This document shows, one piece after another, positions 10,234 through 21,378 of a stretch of 64,000 nucleotides of DNA. The stretch's first letter is position 1. The number at the start of each line of letters is the position of its first letter. Source of the DNA: Prasinococcaceae sp. CCMP 1430 (Eukaryota; Plantae; Prasinodermophyta); assembly GCA_013416795.1 (NCBI GenBank), contig RQSC01000958.1:66204-130203 (forward strand), given 5' to 3'. The notes beneath the pieces are model-generated. The model ran no database searches, was not told the origin of the DNA, and saw nothing but the letters and a program-made list of their open reading frames with translations. The translations under genes were made by a program, and so were the position numbers.

Positions 10234-12102
10234 TCACCGCGGCGCGCTACAGAGCCCGAAGTGCATCTCGCAGACGTTCGAGCGCGACTGAGCCTGCGCG
10301 CCACGCATGCTGCACACCGACATCGCGAACGAGCTCGCGAGGTTCCCGACGAAGTAGTCAGCGCGAGCGACGGCGTACATGTCTTGGATGACGTACTGCA
10401 GCTCAATCAGATAGTCGCGCCAGCTGCCTCTGGCCTCGGCGAAGCTGCGAGGGGCTTGATGTGCCGTCAACGGACACTCATGGAACGGCAACTCCCTCCC
10501 ATCGGGCTTGGTGCAACTATACCACTGCCCCCACCTCGCAGGGAGGAAGGCGTCTCGAGGTGGGCCGCGCCGGTCCTCGTCTTTAAACCATCTGTCAATG
10601 ACATCGGCGTACAAGCCGACCTCGGGCGCGCTCGCAGCCTCCTCGGACGCTTTCCCTTCGAGAATCGTCTTCGAGAGCAGCGGCCGCGCCCACATGGCGC
10701 CTCCGCCCCCGCCACGATCGCCCGTGCTCCGCGGGCGCCTCGTTCCATTAGCAAAGAAGAAACGCTGCGACCATTCATCGTAGTCCTCTGCGTACGCGCC
10801 CGGCTTCACCCCGAAAGTGACGGCGCCGGCTCGCTCAGCCTGCGCATCGAGCAGCCTGTCGTAGCGGTCAGTGGCACGGACCCACGGTCTCGCGGGGCTC
10901 ACCTCCAGGCTATCCTTCTGAAGGCCGTTGGCCTCAGCAATCGCACGCAAGCATTCGTTTGCGATCTGCGGCGTGAGCCGACATGCCTTCCTCAGCTGCT
11001 CCATCCCATTGTCGAAGCCGCCGCGCGCCTGCAAGTAGCTACGAAGAGGCCCGCCGCGGTGCAGGACGATGTTCCCGCACAGCTCTAGGCCGATCGCTCG
11101 GCGCTGCTCAGGGTCACGCTCAGCCCCTTCCATAAAAACACGCGAGTGCACGCCGACACTCGGCGTCGCGACGTGCCTCAAGCGGTAGAAGGCGTCAACC
11201 TGCTCGCGCATGCGCGGCGACGGGCGCAGGGCCTTGAAGAATGCGTCGAACGTCTGCGGGTGCTCGCCGAATTGCTCGTCTACGTTGTCGCACGTCATCG
11301 CGGTCTCGCCCGTCATCAGAAAGATTGTGCTGCAGCCCGTTCTGTCGGCATCGATCGATTGAGCCGTGATTGGTCTGCCGTGTCTCTTCTCGCCCACCTT
11401 TACGAACTTGTCGGTGTATATCAGGCAGGCGTTGCGGACCCCAGGGAGCAAAGGGTGCACCGTTGGCCCTGTCTCCGAGAAGTTGTTGCGCGGGCCATTC
11501 CTGTCACGCATGATGAGTGTGAGCAAGCGCCCCATCATGGGCCTGTCCGCTCGGCGTAGTTCGTGTCCAATCGGCAATTCGTGCTCCATGACGTATTTGA
11601 AGCCGGCGGCATCGAGGGCGCGAGCGTCCCACAGGCCCGCAGACACGTCGCCATGGACAGACACAAGGCCGTCCATCTGGTGCATGTGCGTGGGGCTTGC
11701 AACGACCAGCGTGCGCCCCATCGCCTTCGCCAGGCGCATGGCGACGTCCAATGACGCAAGCTGATTATTCAGCCGCCCGCTGTTGCGCTGGACTACGATG
11801 TAGGGGCCGGTGGGCGTTGGTTCTGGCTTCGGGTCTGCAGGCCCCGTGTCTCCGCCACCTCCGCGGGCCCACGCACTGCCAGCATCGACGCCCGCTAACA
11901 ACGACACTGAGTTAGTATGCACGGTGTGAGTTGCCACCGACCCCGCGGAGGAGCTGTTACCTACGCCCCATCCGTCGTCGCGCGCGCCGGTGAGGAGCGT
12001 GTACACCGCGACAGCCGCGGTGAGCAAAGCAGCAGCGGCGGCGGCGACAGCGGCGAGCGCCAGCACCGCGCCCAGCCCCCGCGGTCCGCGCCGCCGCGCC
12101 AT
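10234..12102 (-). CDS. GDP-fucose O-fucosyltransferase-like GT-B glycosyltransferase, type II membrane
   Basis: N-terminal basic tail plus TM helix; SGRLNNQLASL, VGVHSR, VRATD, QDMYAVARADYFVGNLASSF motifs typical of fucosyltransferase families. Confidence 0.75.
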   Translation of the reverse strand: MARRRGPRGLGAVLALAAVAAAAAALLTAAVAVYTLLTGARDDGWGVGNSSSAGSVATHTVHTNSVSLLAGVDAGSAWARGGGGDTGPADPKPEPTPTGPYIVVQRNSGRLNNQLASLDVAMRLAKAMGRTLVVASPTHMHQMDGLVSVHGDVSAGLWDARALDAAGFKYVMEHELPIGHELRRADRPMMGRLLTLIMRDRNGPRNNFSETGPTVHPLLPGVRNACLIYTDKFVKVGEKRHGRPITAQSIDADRTGCSTIFLMTGETAMTCDNVDEQFGEHPQTFDAFFKALRPSPRMREQVDAFYRLRHVATPSVGVHSRVFMEGAERDPEQRRAIGLELCGNIVLHRGGPLRSYLQARGGFDNGMEQLRKACRLTPQIANECLRAIAEANGLQKDSLEVSPARPWVRATDRYDRLLDAQAERAGAVTFGVKPGAYAEDYDEWSQRFFFANGTRRPRSTGDRGGGGGAMWARPLLSKTILEGKASEEAASAPEVGLYADVIDRWFKDEDRRGPPRDAFLPARWGQWYSCTKPDGRELPFHECPLTAHQAPRSFAEARGSWRDYLIELQYVIQDMYAVARADYFVGNLASSFAMSVCSMRGAQAQSRSNVCEMHFGLCSAPR

Positions 12103-12800
12103 CCGACCGACCTCCGCGCCCCCGACTGCAAGGACGCAGAGTGGCGCGGCGCCGCCGGCCACTGCCAAAAATCGCGCTCGATCCGCGCCCGCGGGGGTGG
12201 TGTGTGTGGGGGTGGGTGGGGAGGGATGACGGAGGCGCGCTCGCTCGCGCGCGCTGTGGCGTGCGCTGCCAACACCCGCGCGCGCGCCCCCCCTCGAATC
12301 GCGGGCGCGCACCACCCCCCGCCGCCACGCGGCGCAAACCAGGATGATTTGCCGCATGAATTCGGGGGCTGGGCGCTCTGGGATTCAAACCATGGAGCCA
12401 CGCGACCGACGAAATGATCCCATCCCTGTACCGGCCGGAGTCCCCCACGCCACATCCGCACCTGCTCGGCCGTGAGGCTTTTTTTTTTTTTTTTTCCCCA
12501 TCCGTTCCAGCCAGCGGGGATGCTCGCGTTCGTGCCGGGGGTGTTGTTGCCGTTCCTAGCTAGGGCGCCGCTGCTCGCCACAGCGGGCCCGGCGCGCGGC
12601 CGCGGTGGCCGGCCGGCCGGCCGGCCCACCTGCCCATCCGCCCACAGCGGCGCCCTCCGCGTGGCCTTGCCCCTCCCTCTTCCCGTTTGCCCCTCCCTCC
12701 GTGTGCGCTGCGAGCGAGCGCGCAAGCGAGCGAGCGAGCGAGCGCCCCTGAGCAGCGAAAAGACGGGAGGGGGCGGAAGGGGCGGGCGGGGACTCGGGCA

Positions 12801-15155
12801 ATGGATGAGAAGGCGCAGCGCGTGAAGGACCTGCTCGCGTCGTATTATGGCGCCGACGATGAGGCCACGGGCGACAGCGATGCGACTGCCGATGCGACCG
12901 GTCGCACTGGGACCGGCGGCGGCGCGTCCGCGGCTGAAGCGAATAGTGGCAAGGGATCGTCCCCGCGGTTGGCGGCGCGCAGCCCAGCGCCGTCAGCGGG
13001 GCTTGACAGTGCAGCGTTCGACGACGAGCGCTACCTGAGCAGCCTGCTGCAGAAAACGCGCCTCGATGGCCTACTCTCGAAGCACTCCGAGATGGTGAGC
13101 GAGATCCAGACATTGGACGGCGACATGCAGATGTTGGTGTACGACAACTACGAGCGCTTCATCGCGGCGACGGACACAATCAAGCGCATGCGCTCGAATG
13201 TAGAGGGCATGGAGGGCCAGATGGACAAGCTTCTGGAGGGGATGGAGCGCGTCGCTGATGTTAGTGGCGAGGTGAACGACAGGCTGTCGGTGCACAGAGA
13301 GGAGGTGGAACGCCTGCACGGCGTGGGTGGGCTGCTGCGGAAGATCCGCGTCGTGCAGGAGCTGCCAGGGCGGCTGCGAAAGTGCCTGGCACACGACGCC
13401 CTAGCCATTGCCGCGCGGTGGTATCTTGACGCCAAGCCCGTGCTGGAGAGGTATGGCTCGACGTCGTTCGCGCGCGTGGCCAAGGACACTGAGCAGGTAG
13501 TCGCTGAGGTGCGAGCAAAGATGCAGGATCAGCTCGCGGCTGATACGCTCGACGCCGGCGACGCGGCTGAGTACATGGAGCTGCTGCAGGCGATGGGACA
13601 GCCAGTGCAGGCGCTCCGCAGTGAGTACGTGTCTTCACGCGAGTCCAAGCTGCGTGCCTGCCTCGATCGGGCGAGCCAACGAAAACGTGATATGCTCCTG
13701 GCGCGTGCAGCAGGCGGCGGCGGCGAGGGGACCGCCGAGGCCGATGCTGGCAGCTTGCAAGCGTTTGTCGCGGCCACCAACACTGATTTGCTTTCTGAGC
13801 TCGCCGGGACAGCGTCATCCTTCCGCTCGCTCTTTCCGGATGACGCAGAGCAGCTGGTTGCTGCCGTGCAGGCGCCGGCGGACGAGTACTTGGCGCTCGT
13901 CCGCTCGGTGCTTCCGCCAACACCCGGCGCTCCGAGCTGGTCTGCAGACCAGCTCGTCGCAGCGTTGGGTACGCTCGCGACCGACATGGGACGCGTGGGT
14001 GCCATTGCTCCGGGCGCAAGGCTGCACGAGCGCGCCCTAGAGCTGGCACACGCGGCAATAGAGGGGGCGGCGGGCGCGGTGGGCGCCGAGGCCGTGGCGT
14101 CTGTGGCTAGGGCAATGACGGCCGCTAAGGAGGACCTCGCCGGCGTGCTGGCGAGCGGGGACGTCGAGGCCGCTGCGAAAGCCATCTGCTCTGCTCGCGA
14201 CGAGCTGCGTGCCGCTGTCATGGCAAGCGCCGAGGAAGCGATCGCTGGGATGGCGGACCTCAGCCGCTCTGCGAGCGCCGCGCGTGAACTAACGGGCGGA
14301 GTCCTCCCGACGCTGCACGCTGCGATGCAGCGAGAGATGTCGGCGCTCGTTCTCGGCGTACTCGACAGGCTGGCGGGCGTGGGCGCAAAGGACGAGGAAA
14401 GCACCCCCGTACCCGCGATTCGTTTGCTCGGCTGGGCAGTGCTTGGCGTCCTGGAGGATGAGGTGGTGCCGAAGCTCATGGATGCGATCTCGGAGCACGC
14501 GGCGGAGCCAGACCTCACAGCTGGCCGCCGGCCGCCGTTTGTTGCTGGTGAGTTGATCCGCGGCGTGGGCGCTGCGAAGAGCCTGGCGCTCCGCACCTAC
14601 GCCGAGAGCCGAGGACGCGTGCTTAGCAGCATGGTACGCAAGAGCATTGCCACCCCGGACTGGTTCAACATGAAGGAGCCACGCGCGCCTCGCCTGTACG
14701 TCGAAATGATGACGAAAGAGCTTGATGAGCTCGCGCGGGAATCAACGGCGCTGCTGCCACCTGGCGACGCCGGTCGCTCTGTCGCCGGACAGGTGCCCTC
14801 GCAGGGCGAGACGAGCATGGTGGACAGATTCTTCCGAGAGAAAGTCAAGGTGTTCGCCGATGTGGAGCCCACATGCGCAAGCGTGCAGGCCGCGGTGATC
14901 GGCATTGCGCTGCGTTCGCTGCGCGAGTGCGTGCGCGAGGTCACACTTGGTGGTGCGGGCTACCGCCAGATGCAAGTGGACATCGCGGCGCTGCGCGCCT
15001 CGCTCGCGACCCGCACTCAAGGCGATGCCGCGCTGGCCTTCGCGCTGGACGAGGCCCTGAAAGCCGCGGAAGAGCGCGCGACCGACAACGCTGGCCTCGA
15101 CGACGACGTCATCGCCGGCATCCTTGAGAGCGCCGCGGGGGGAAGGAGCGCCTAG
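12801..15155 (+). CDS. VPS51: GARP/EARP complex subunit VPS51
   Basis: VKDLLASYYG, LDSAAFDDERYL..IQTLDGDMQMLVYDNYERFIAATDTIKRM, DWFNMKEPR, LRSLRECVREVTLG..YRQMQVD. Confidence 0.93.
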   Translation: MDEKAQRVKDLLASYYGADDEATGDSDATADATGRTGTGGGASAAEANSGKGSSPRLAARSPAPSAGLDSAAFDDERYLSSLLQKTRLDGLLSKHSEMVSEIQTLDGDMQMLVYDNYERFIAATDTIKRMRSNVEGMEGQMDKLLEGMERVADVSGEVNDRLSVHREEVERLHGVGGLLRKIRVVQELPGRLRKCLAHDALAIAARWYLDAKPVLERYGSTSFARVAKDTEQVVAEVRAKMQDQLAADTLDAGDAAEYMELLQAMGQPVQALRSEYVSSRESKLRACLDRASQRKRDMLLARAAGGGGEGTAEADAGSLQAFVAATNTDLLSELAGTASSFRSLFPDDAEQLVAAVQAPADEYLALVRSVLPPTPGAPSWSADQLVAALGTLATDMGRVGAIAPGARLHERALELAHAAIEGAAGAVGAEAVASVARAMTAAKEDLAGVLASGDVEAAAKAICSARDELRAAVMASAEEAIAGMADLSRSASAARELTGGVLPTLHAAMQREMSALVLGVLDRLAGVGAKDEESTPVPAIRLLGWAVLGVLEDEVVPKLMDAISEHAAEPDLTAGRRPPFVAGELIRGVGAAKSLALRTYAESRGRVLSSMVRKSIATPDWFNMKEPRAPRLYVEMMTKELDELARESTALLPPGDAGRSVAGQVPSQGETSMVDRFFREKVKVFADVEPTCASVQAAVIGIALRSLRECVREVTLGGAGYRQMQVDIAALRASLATRTQGDAALAFALDEALKAAEERATDNAGLDDDVIAGILESAAGGRSA

Positions 15156-15200
15156 TATGCCCGCTACTCTAAAATATTAAATGGTGCTGGGCCTCGCGGC

Positions 15201-16049
15201 TCAGGTCCACTTGTACTCGCTATCGGAGACGTCCACGCCCAGCTCCAGCTGCTCGATCTGGTTGAATCCCAGGTAGAGGATAGTGTGCTTCTTGGTTATC
15301 GGGTCGTACCCGTTCACCTCGCAATTGTACCACTGGCCCTCGTACTTGATGTCCAACTTGCGCCCCACGTGCATCGCCGGGTTATCAGCGATCTGGAGAG
15401 ACTTGTTGCGCTGCACCATCATGGGGTAGCTAGGGTCGAAGCCAGCGGGGTCTACCAACGAGTCTTGGCGCTGCGCTTTGGGCGTGCGCCCTCCGCCGGT
15501 GGCGCGCGCTCGCTTGGAGTTCTTCTTCTCCGCGTCTGTCGGTCCGCGCGAGCTGCCGCCGCGGCTGCGCTTCTCGTTGGCGGTCGCCCTTTCCGCGGCT
15601 GCGGCTGCAGCAGCCGCGGCTGCGGCAGCCGCCGCGGCAGCGGCCTGCTGCTTCTTGGCGTCCATGCTCAGCGAATCGGGCACGCGCTGGTCCTCTGTCT
15701 CCTCGAGCTCATGCTCGTACACTCGCATCTCCTCCGTGAGGCGTTGCAGCGTTTTCCCGACCATGGTGGTCGCCTGGAACGTCAGCCCGACCTTCTCAGC
15801 GGCGAGACCCAGCGCCATCTTCTGCTTGTCCGCCACCTCCACGCGCAGGCGCTCCGCCTCCTTTCCCTTGGCGCTCACGCACTGTTCCACGAGCGCGTCG
15901 TGCTCACGCATGATGGTCTCCGCCCGCTCGTCCAGGTTGCGCACTGTGGTGAGCACGCGCGTGAGCTCCGCGGGCGCGGCCTCGAAGCCTGCGAGGAAGT
16001 CATCGATGTACGTCGTCGCCTCCTGCAAAATGTTTTGGTGGAACGCCAT
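15201..16049 (-). CDS. ING-family N-terminal domain protein with C-terminal Tudor-like domain
   Basis: TYIDDFLAGFEAAPAELTRVLTTVRNLDER and AAEKVGLTFQAT match the ING N-terminal domain. VGRKLDIKYEGQWYNCEVNGYDPITKKHTILY is Tudor-like. No PHD C4HC3. Confidence 0.75.
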   Translation of the reverse strand: MAFHQNILQEATTYIDDFLAGFEAAPAELTRVLTTVRNLDERAETIMREHDALVEQCVSAKGKEAERLRVEVADKQKMALGLAAEKVGLTFQATTMVGKTLQRLTEEMRVYEHELEETEDQRVPDSLSMDAKKQQAAAAAAAAAAAAAAAAAERATANEKRSRGGSSRGPTDAEKKNSKRARATGGGRTPKAQRQDSLVDPAGFDPSYPMMVQRNKSLQIADNPAMHVGRKLDIKYEGQWYNCEVNGYDPITKKHTILYLGFNQIEQLELGVDVSDSEYKWT

Positions 16050-16205
16050 CGCGGCGGCGATCAGGCCCCCGCCCGCGCGGAGGGGGCCGCCCGCCGCCCT
16101 TTGCCGCGCTCACCCCCTCCCCCCCAGGCGCGCCCTCTGCCACCCTCCGCCCCGCCGCCCACACCCTAACCCGCAGCCCGCGAGCGCCCCCCCCGAAAAA
16201 AACGC

Positions 16206-16245
16206 GTGCGGTTTGATGGTCGCGGGTGCGGTTTGATGGTCGCGG
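16206..16245. repeat. Perfect 20-bp tandem duplication GTGCGGTTTGATGGTCGCGG x2 upstream of the ING-like gene
   Basis: Directly visible. Confidence 0.9.
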
Positions 16246-16369
16246 GCGCGGCGGCGTGATGGGCCGAGCGCTGCCGCGTTTCAAATCCGAACAGACAGGC
16301 TCGTCAACGCGCGCCTTCGGCCGCGGCGATCGCGCGCGCGCGCGCTCGGCTCGCTTGTGCACTCGGGCG

Positions 16370-16387
16370 TGTGCGGCGTGTGCGTGC

Positions 16388-16418
<31 letters not shown>

Positions 16419-16441
16419 CGTCGTGTGCGTCGTGTGTGCGT

Positions 16442-16522
<81 letters not shown>
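16370..16522. repeat. (TG)n microsatellite ending at a single N
   Basis: Directly visible; a second (TG)n lies at ~16783-16815. Confidence 0.95.
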
Positions 16523-16523
16523 N

Positions 16524-16779
16524 AGGCCTTGAGGTCATCGTTCTGCGCACGCAAGGCTGAGATCTCCTTCCGCGCGTCCTCGAGCTCGGCGAGGAGGCTC
16601 CGCCAGCGCTCCGCCTCGGCCGCGGCGTCCACGACGAGGCCGTCCATGCCCATCTCGTGCGCGCGCTGCCACCAGTGGCCGAGGTACGCGGCAGCGGCGC
16701 GCGCGTCCGCCAGCTGCTCGGCGGAGAGCGACGGCGCGAGCGTCGCGCCGCGCTGCACGTCGAACAAAACGCGCACGCG

Positions 16780-16817
<38 letters not shown>

Positions 16818-17073
16818 TACACGCACGTTGCCTCGCGTATGCTGGCGATGGGCATTCGCAGAGACACACACGCGCGCACGCACACAGACACACGTTACGC
16901 ACCTTGCCCGCGTCGCCGAGCGCGCGCGCGCGCGCGTCCGCGCCGGCGGCCATGGCGGCGTCCACGCCGCAGCCCTCGGCGGCCCCCACCGCCGCGTGCA
17001 GGCTCGCGGCCGCCGCGAGCTCTCGCACCGCCCCTGCGCGCACCACCGCGTACGCGCCCCGCGGCAGGCCTTC
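16524..17073 (-). CDS. Fragment of a coiled-coil protein with an SCD2-like motif; intron 16753-16902; bounded by single Ns
   Basis: LSAEQLADARAAAAYLGHWWQRAHEMG..EAERW resembles the plant SCD2 motif as recalled (W..YFWRRA..G..A..R..W). GTGCGT donor and GCAG acceptor flank a (CA)n-containing intron. Confidence 0.45.
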
Positions 17074-17074
17074 N

Positions 17075-17860
17075 TCATGGACGCGATGGCCGCGCACCAG
17101 GAGGGCGCGTACGAGCGCCTGTGCAAGTGGGTGCAACACGAATGCCGTGAATTGGGCGACGGCGACGCGCCGGAGGTTCCGGAGGAGCTGAAACGCGCGG
17201 CGTCGGTACTGCGCCAGCGCGCGGTGCTCTTCAGGTACTGCGCCGAGGAGGTTGCGAACGCGCGCCACTCGTCGCTGTTCAGGCGGTTCCTGGCTGCGCT
17301 CACGCGGGGCGGCCCTGGCGGCATGCCACGCCCCATCGAGGTGCACGCGCACGACCCACTGCGCTACGTCGGAGACATGTGCGGCTGGCTTCACCAGGCG
17401 CTCGCCGAGGAGTACGAGCTCACCACCGCGCTATTCGGCGACCTCAAGCATCAGAGTACCGACGCTCGTGCGGCCGCTGCCAGCAACGGCCACGGGGCCG
17501 GAGGCGGCGGCGATGATGAAGATGAAGCCGTGAGCACGTCCGAGGTCCTCGACCGCGTCTTCGAGGGTGTGTGCAGGCCGTTCAAGGCGCGAGTGGAGCA
17601 AGTGTTGACGACGGCGCCTGATGTGACGTTGGCCTTCAAGCTCGCCAACCTGCTGGACTTCTACACGCACACTATCAGCGACGTATTGAGCCCGACGGCT
17701 GCCCTCGCACGGGCGTTCCGACAGTGTCACGCCGCCGCGCAACAGGCCTTCCTGCAGCTGCTCAACAGCCGCGGCGCCAAGCTGTTGCGGAACCCACCGG
17801 CGGTCCCGCGCGACCTAGGGGTGCCCGCGGAAGTTGGCCAGTCCATCGACCAGCTGAGCT
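17075..17860 (+). CDS. COG6: COG complex subunit 6, internal fragment
   Basis: QEGAYERLCKWVQHEC, FLAALTRGGPGGMPRPIEVHAHDPLRYVGDMCGWLHQA, VCRPFKARVEQVL, LANLLDFY. Both ends are truncated by assembly joins. Confidence 0.9.
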
Positions 17861-18113
17861 CGCTCCCCCCACACCCCACGCGTGCCGCCGCGCCCCACGC
17901 CTCAGGCGCGGCGCGCGGCGAGCGCGCAGTGGCACACACACAGGCACACACACGAACACGCGTGCGCGCACACACACACGCGCAAGAAAAACTGCCTCGC
18001 CTCCCCTCCACCCACCCACCCACCGGCACCTGGCGCACACACCCAGCGCCACATCGCCGACAGGGCGCGGCGCCGCCCCACGGAGCAGGCGCAGGCGGCG
18101 CGGGTGGCGTCGT

Positions 18114-18167
18114 TGCGCCCCTGCGCCCCTGCGCCCCTGCGCCCCTGCGCCCCTGCGCCCCTGCGCC
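18114..18167. repeat. Tandem 8-mer (TGCGCCCC) ~6.7 copies
   Basis: Directly visible. Confidence 0.9.
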
Positions 18168-18226
18168 GGGTGCGATGGACGACCTCGCCGCGCTGCGCGC
18201 CGAGAAGCACGCGCGCTACGCCGCGC

Positions 18227-19172
18227 NNNNNNNNNNNNNNNNNNNNNNNNNNNNNNNNNNNNNNNNNNNNNNNNNNNNNNNNNNNNNNNNNNNNNNNNNN
18301 NNNNNNNNNNNNNNNNNNNNNNNNNNNNNNNNNNNNNNNNNNNNNNNNNNNNNNNNNNNNNNNNNNNNNNNNNNNNNNNNNNNNNNNNNNNNNNNNNNNN
18401 NNNNNNNNNNNNNNNNNNNNNNNNNNNNNNNNNNNNNNNNNNNNNNNNNNNNNNNNNNNNNNNNNNNNNNNNNNNNNNNNNNNNNNNNNNNNNNNNNNNN
18501 NNNNNNNNNNNNNNNNNNNNNNNNNNNNNNNNNNNNNNNNNNNNNNNNNNNNNNNNNNNNNNNNNNNNNNNNNNNNNNNNNNNNNNNNNNNNNNNNNNNN
18601 NNNNNNNNNNNNNNNNNNNNNNNNNNNNNNNNNNNNNNNNNNNNNNNNNNNNNNNNNNNNNNNNNNNNNNNNNNNNNNNNNNNNNNNNNNNNNNNNNNNN
18701 NNNNNNNNNNNNNNNNNNNNNNNNNNNNNNNNNNNNNNNNNNNNNNNNNNNNNNNNNNNNNNNNNNNNNNNNNNNNNNNNNNNNNNNNNNNNNNNNNNNN
18801 NNNNNNNNNNNNNNNNNNNNNNNNNNNNNNNNNNNNNNNNNNNNNNNNNNNNNNNNNNNNNNNNNNNNNNNNNNNNNNNNNNNNNNNNNNNNNNNNNNNN
18901 NNNNNNNNNNNNNNNNNNNNNNNNNNNNNNNNNNNNNNNNNNNNNNNNNNNNNNNNNNNNNNNNNNNNNNNNNNNNNNNNNNNNNNNNNNNNNNNNNNNN
19001 NNNNNNNNNNNNNNNNNNNNNNNNNNNNNNNNNNNNNNNNNNNNNNNNNNNNNNNNNNNNNNNNNNNNNNNNNNNNNNNNNNNNNNNNNNNNNNNNNNNN
19101 NNNNNNNNNNNNNNNNNNNNNNNNNNNNNNNNNNNNNNNNNNNNNNNNNNNNNNNNNNNNNNNNNNNNNNNN
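18227..19172. other. Assembly gap (N run)
   Basis: Run of n. Confidence 0.99.
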
Positions 19173-19746
19173 GTCACGCGCGCGCAGCGCGAGCGAGCGG
19201 GCGAGGGCGACGGAGGGAGCGCGCGCGCGAGAGCGCGAGCGAGACCGGGTCAGCGCGCTCGCCTGCCGCGCTCGGCCGCCCTCCCCCCTGCAGCCACGGC
19301 GTCCTCGCGCGTCCTCGCGCGTCCTTGCGCGTCCTCGCGCTCGCTCGCTCGCTCGCTCGCTCGCTCGCTCGCGCACGCACCTGTCGCCTCCTCTCCGACC
19401 GCCTCCGCCCCGCGCCTCCCCCGCGCACATGGCGCCTGCAGCGGGAGGTCGGGGGCCTCTCCCCGTCCCCCTCTTTCCCACCCCTCTTTCCCACCCCACC
19501 CCACCCCGCCCGCGCCCCGCGCGCGCCGTGTGGCACTCCCCCTCCGCCCTCCCTCCCGCCACCGCGCACCGCACGCACACACGCACAACAAAAGCAAAGG
19601 AGATGCGCGGAAAAAGACCGCCCCGGCAAAAAAAAAAAAAAAGGTTGGGGGGGGCACGCCGTCGGATGTGGATCAATCGGCGGCGTTCGGGGCGCGTTCG
19701 GTCGGAGCGCCACGGCGCGTTGGCCCGCAGCCGAAGCCGGGATTTG

Positions 19747-20760
19747 ATGGGTCGGGCGAAACGCCGTTGCTTTCGTTTGTTTGTTGTTGTTGTTGTGCGT
19801 GCGTGCGCCGCTGGCGGGGCGGCAGCGCTCGAGGCCGGCGAGTGCGTGCGTGCGGCGGCCGACGCCGTCGACGCCACCGCGCGCGCCGCGCTGCTCGAAC
19901 GAGCAGTCGCGCTCGCCGAAGAGTCCGCTGCTGAGGCAGAGGGTGGCCTGCGCGAGGAACTCGCCGCGGCGAGGGTGGAGCTGGACGGCGCAAGGGAGGA
20001 GGCGGAGACGCTCCGGCGCGCGCTCGACGCGGAGCGCGCGGGGCGCGAGAGCGACTGCGATGCACTGCAGGAGGGTCACGCCGCTAAGCAGCTCGCGCGC
20101 GACGACGCGCTGCGGCTCTCAGAGCGCCACGCGGTCGAGGCCGAGGCGCGCGTGGCCGCGGCCGCCAAGAAGGCCGGCTCGAGGGAGAGGGCGCTGCAGG
20201 ATGAGCTCGAGTCGGCGCTGCTCGCCGCCAGGACGGCTGGCGCCGACGGCGCCAAGGCTGCGGAGGCGGCCGCAGAACGCGAGGGCGGGCTGCACGCGGA
20301 GGCGCCCCCCGTCGTTGAGGCTCAGGTCGAAGAGTCCCTGGTCGTGGTGCCCGGACACGAGCCTGCCCCCGAAGGGCACTCCAGCGCCGCCTCGATGGGT
20401 GACGTAGCGCTCGCCCAGTCTGCCGACGGCGACAGCCCGCTCGTGACGCCGCGCGAGTTGGACGAGCTCGCTGCCGCGCTAGCGGACGCCCAGAGCGGCG
20501 GCGCGAGGATGAGCTCGCAGCGGCGACGCACGCTACGGGCAGCCGACTCTGCGCTGGCGCGCGCTCGTGAGGCGGCTGCAGCCGCGGCGGCCTCAGTCGA
20601 GGCGGCAGGTGCGCGGCGCGCCGATCGCGTCAGCGGCGAGCCGCTCGGCCAGCGACTCGCACTCGAGGATGCCGAGTTCGAGCGCGAGGCGCAGGTGGCT
20701 GTGGTCAAGGCGCGCGCGGCCTACGCTTCGGCGCTGCAGGCCGTCGGCAGGTGCCGGTAG
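19747..20760 (+). CDS. Hypothetical Ala/Glu-rich coiled-coil protein
   Basis: Heptad-rich open frame (LREELAAARVELDGAREEAETLRRALDAER) with TGTAA/TGTACA downstream. Start uncertain. Confidence 0.5.
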   Translation: MGRAKRRCFRLFVVVVVRACAAGGAAALEAGECVRAAADAVDATARAALLERAVALAEESAAEAEGGLREELAAARVELDGAREEAETLRRALDAERAGRESDCDALQEGHAAKQLARDDALRLSERHAVEAEARVAAAAKKAGSRERALQDELESALLAARTAGADGAKAAEAAAEREGGLHAEAPPVVEAQVEESLVVVPGHEPAPEGHSSAASMGDVALAQSADGDSPLVTPRELDELAAALADAQSGGARMSSQRRRTLRAADSALARAREAAAAAAASVEAAGARRADRVSGEPLGQRLALEDAEFEREAQVAVVKARAAYASALQAVGRCR

Positions 20761-21111
20761 GGCCCTTCGCGAGCGGTCGATGGATGTGCGCGGCGTTGTT
20801 GTAACATGTCTGTGATACATCGCTGGGGCCGACGGCCGGGGCGAGAGTCCGCTGCGATTGGTACGCCGTGGGCGCGCCTGGTCCGTGATGGCATCTCGCT
20901 CAGTTACATGGTCTATGGTATGTGTACAACACAGTACAGGTGCGCGGTCTCTCCTGTCGCAACGCCTCTCGGGCAGCGCAATGCAGTGCGGAGAACCGCG
21001 CATAGTTGGCACGAGGTGCGCGAGGGGCGTGCGCGTAGGGCACGCCGCACGGGTTGCGCGGTCTCGAACGAGCGCGGGCCTCTCGGTCGCGCGTGCGCAT
21101 GGTCGACCAAG

Positions 21112-21378
21112 CTAAGCGCGCGCCGTTCGCCGCAGCGACAGCGACTTCGCCACCGACTGGACGCACTCGAGCGCCTCTGACGCGCTGGTCACGCCTGGTG
21201 CGCGCACGCCGTTGAGCGCGTCGAGGCGCATCGCCGCCTCCACCTCCGGCAGCGTCAGCTCGGAGCTGCGCGGCATGGCAGGCGTCGGCGCCTTGGCCGG
21301 CGCACTGGGCGACACCGAAGCCAGCGCATCCGCGAGCTGCTCCGCGAGCGCCATGAGCTCGCTGTCCTGCTCGAGCAT
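21112..21378 (-). CDS. Small hypothetical protein (~88 aa)
   Basis: MLEQDSELMALAEQLADAL..; coding-like codon usage; AT-rich promoter-like island at 21550-21960 upstream. Confidence 0.35.
   Translation of the reverse strand: MLEQDSELMALAEQLADALASVSPSAPAKAPTPAMPRSSELTLPEVEAAMRLDALNGVRAPGVTSASEALECVQSVAKSLSLRRTARA

Noticed and set aside
18114-18167. Tandem repeats as a CRISPR array
   Set aside because: No spacers, eukaryotic context, simple satellite.
18175-18226. MDDLAALRAEKHARYAA as the start of a prenyltransferase beta subunit
   Set aside because: Only 17 aa before the gap; too short to support a call.
16657-20760. 1367-aa ORF as a COG6-coiled-coil fusion
   Set aside because: It reads through Ns and assembly junctions.
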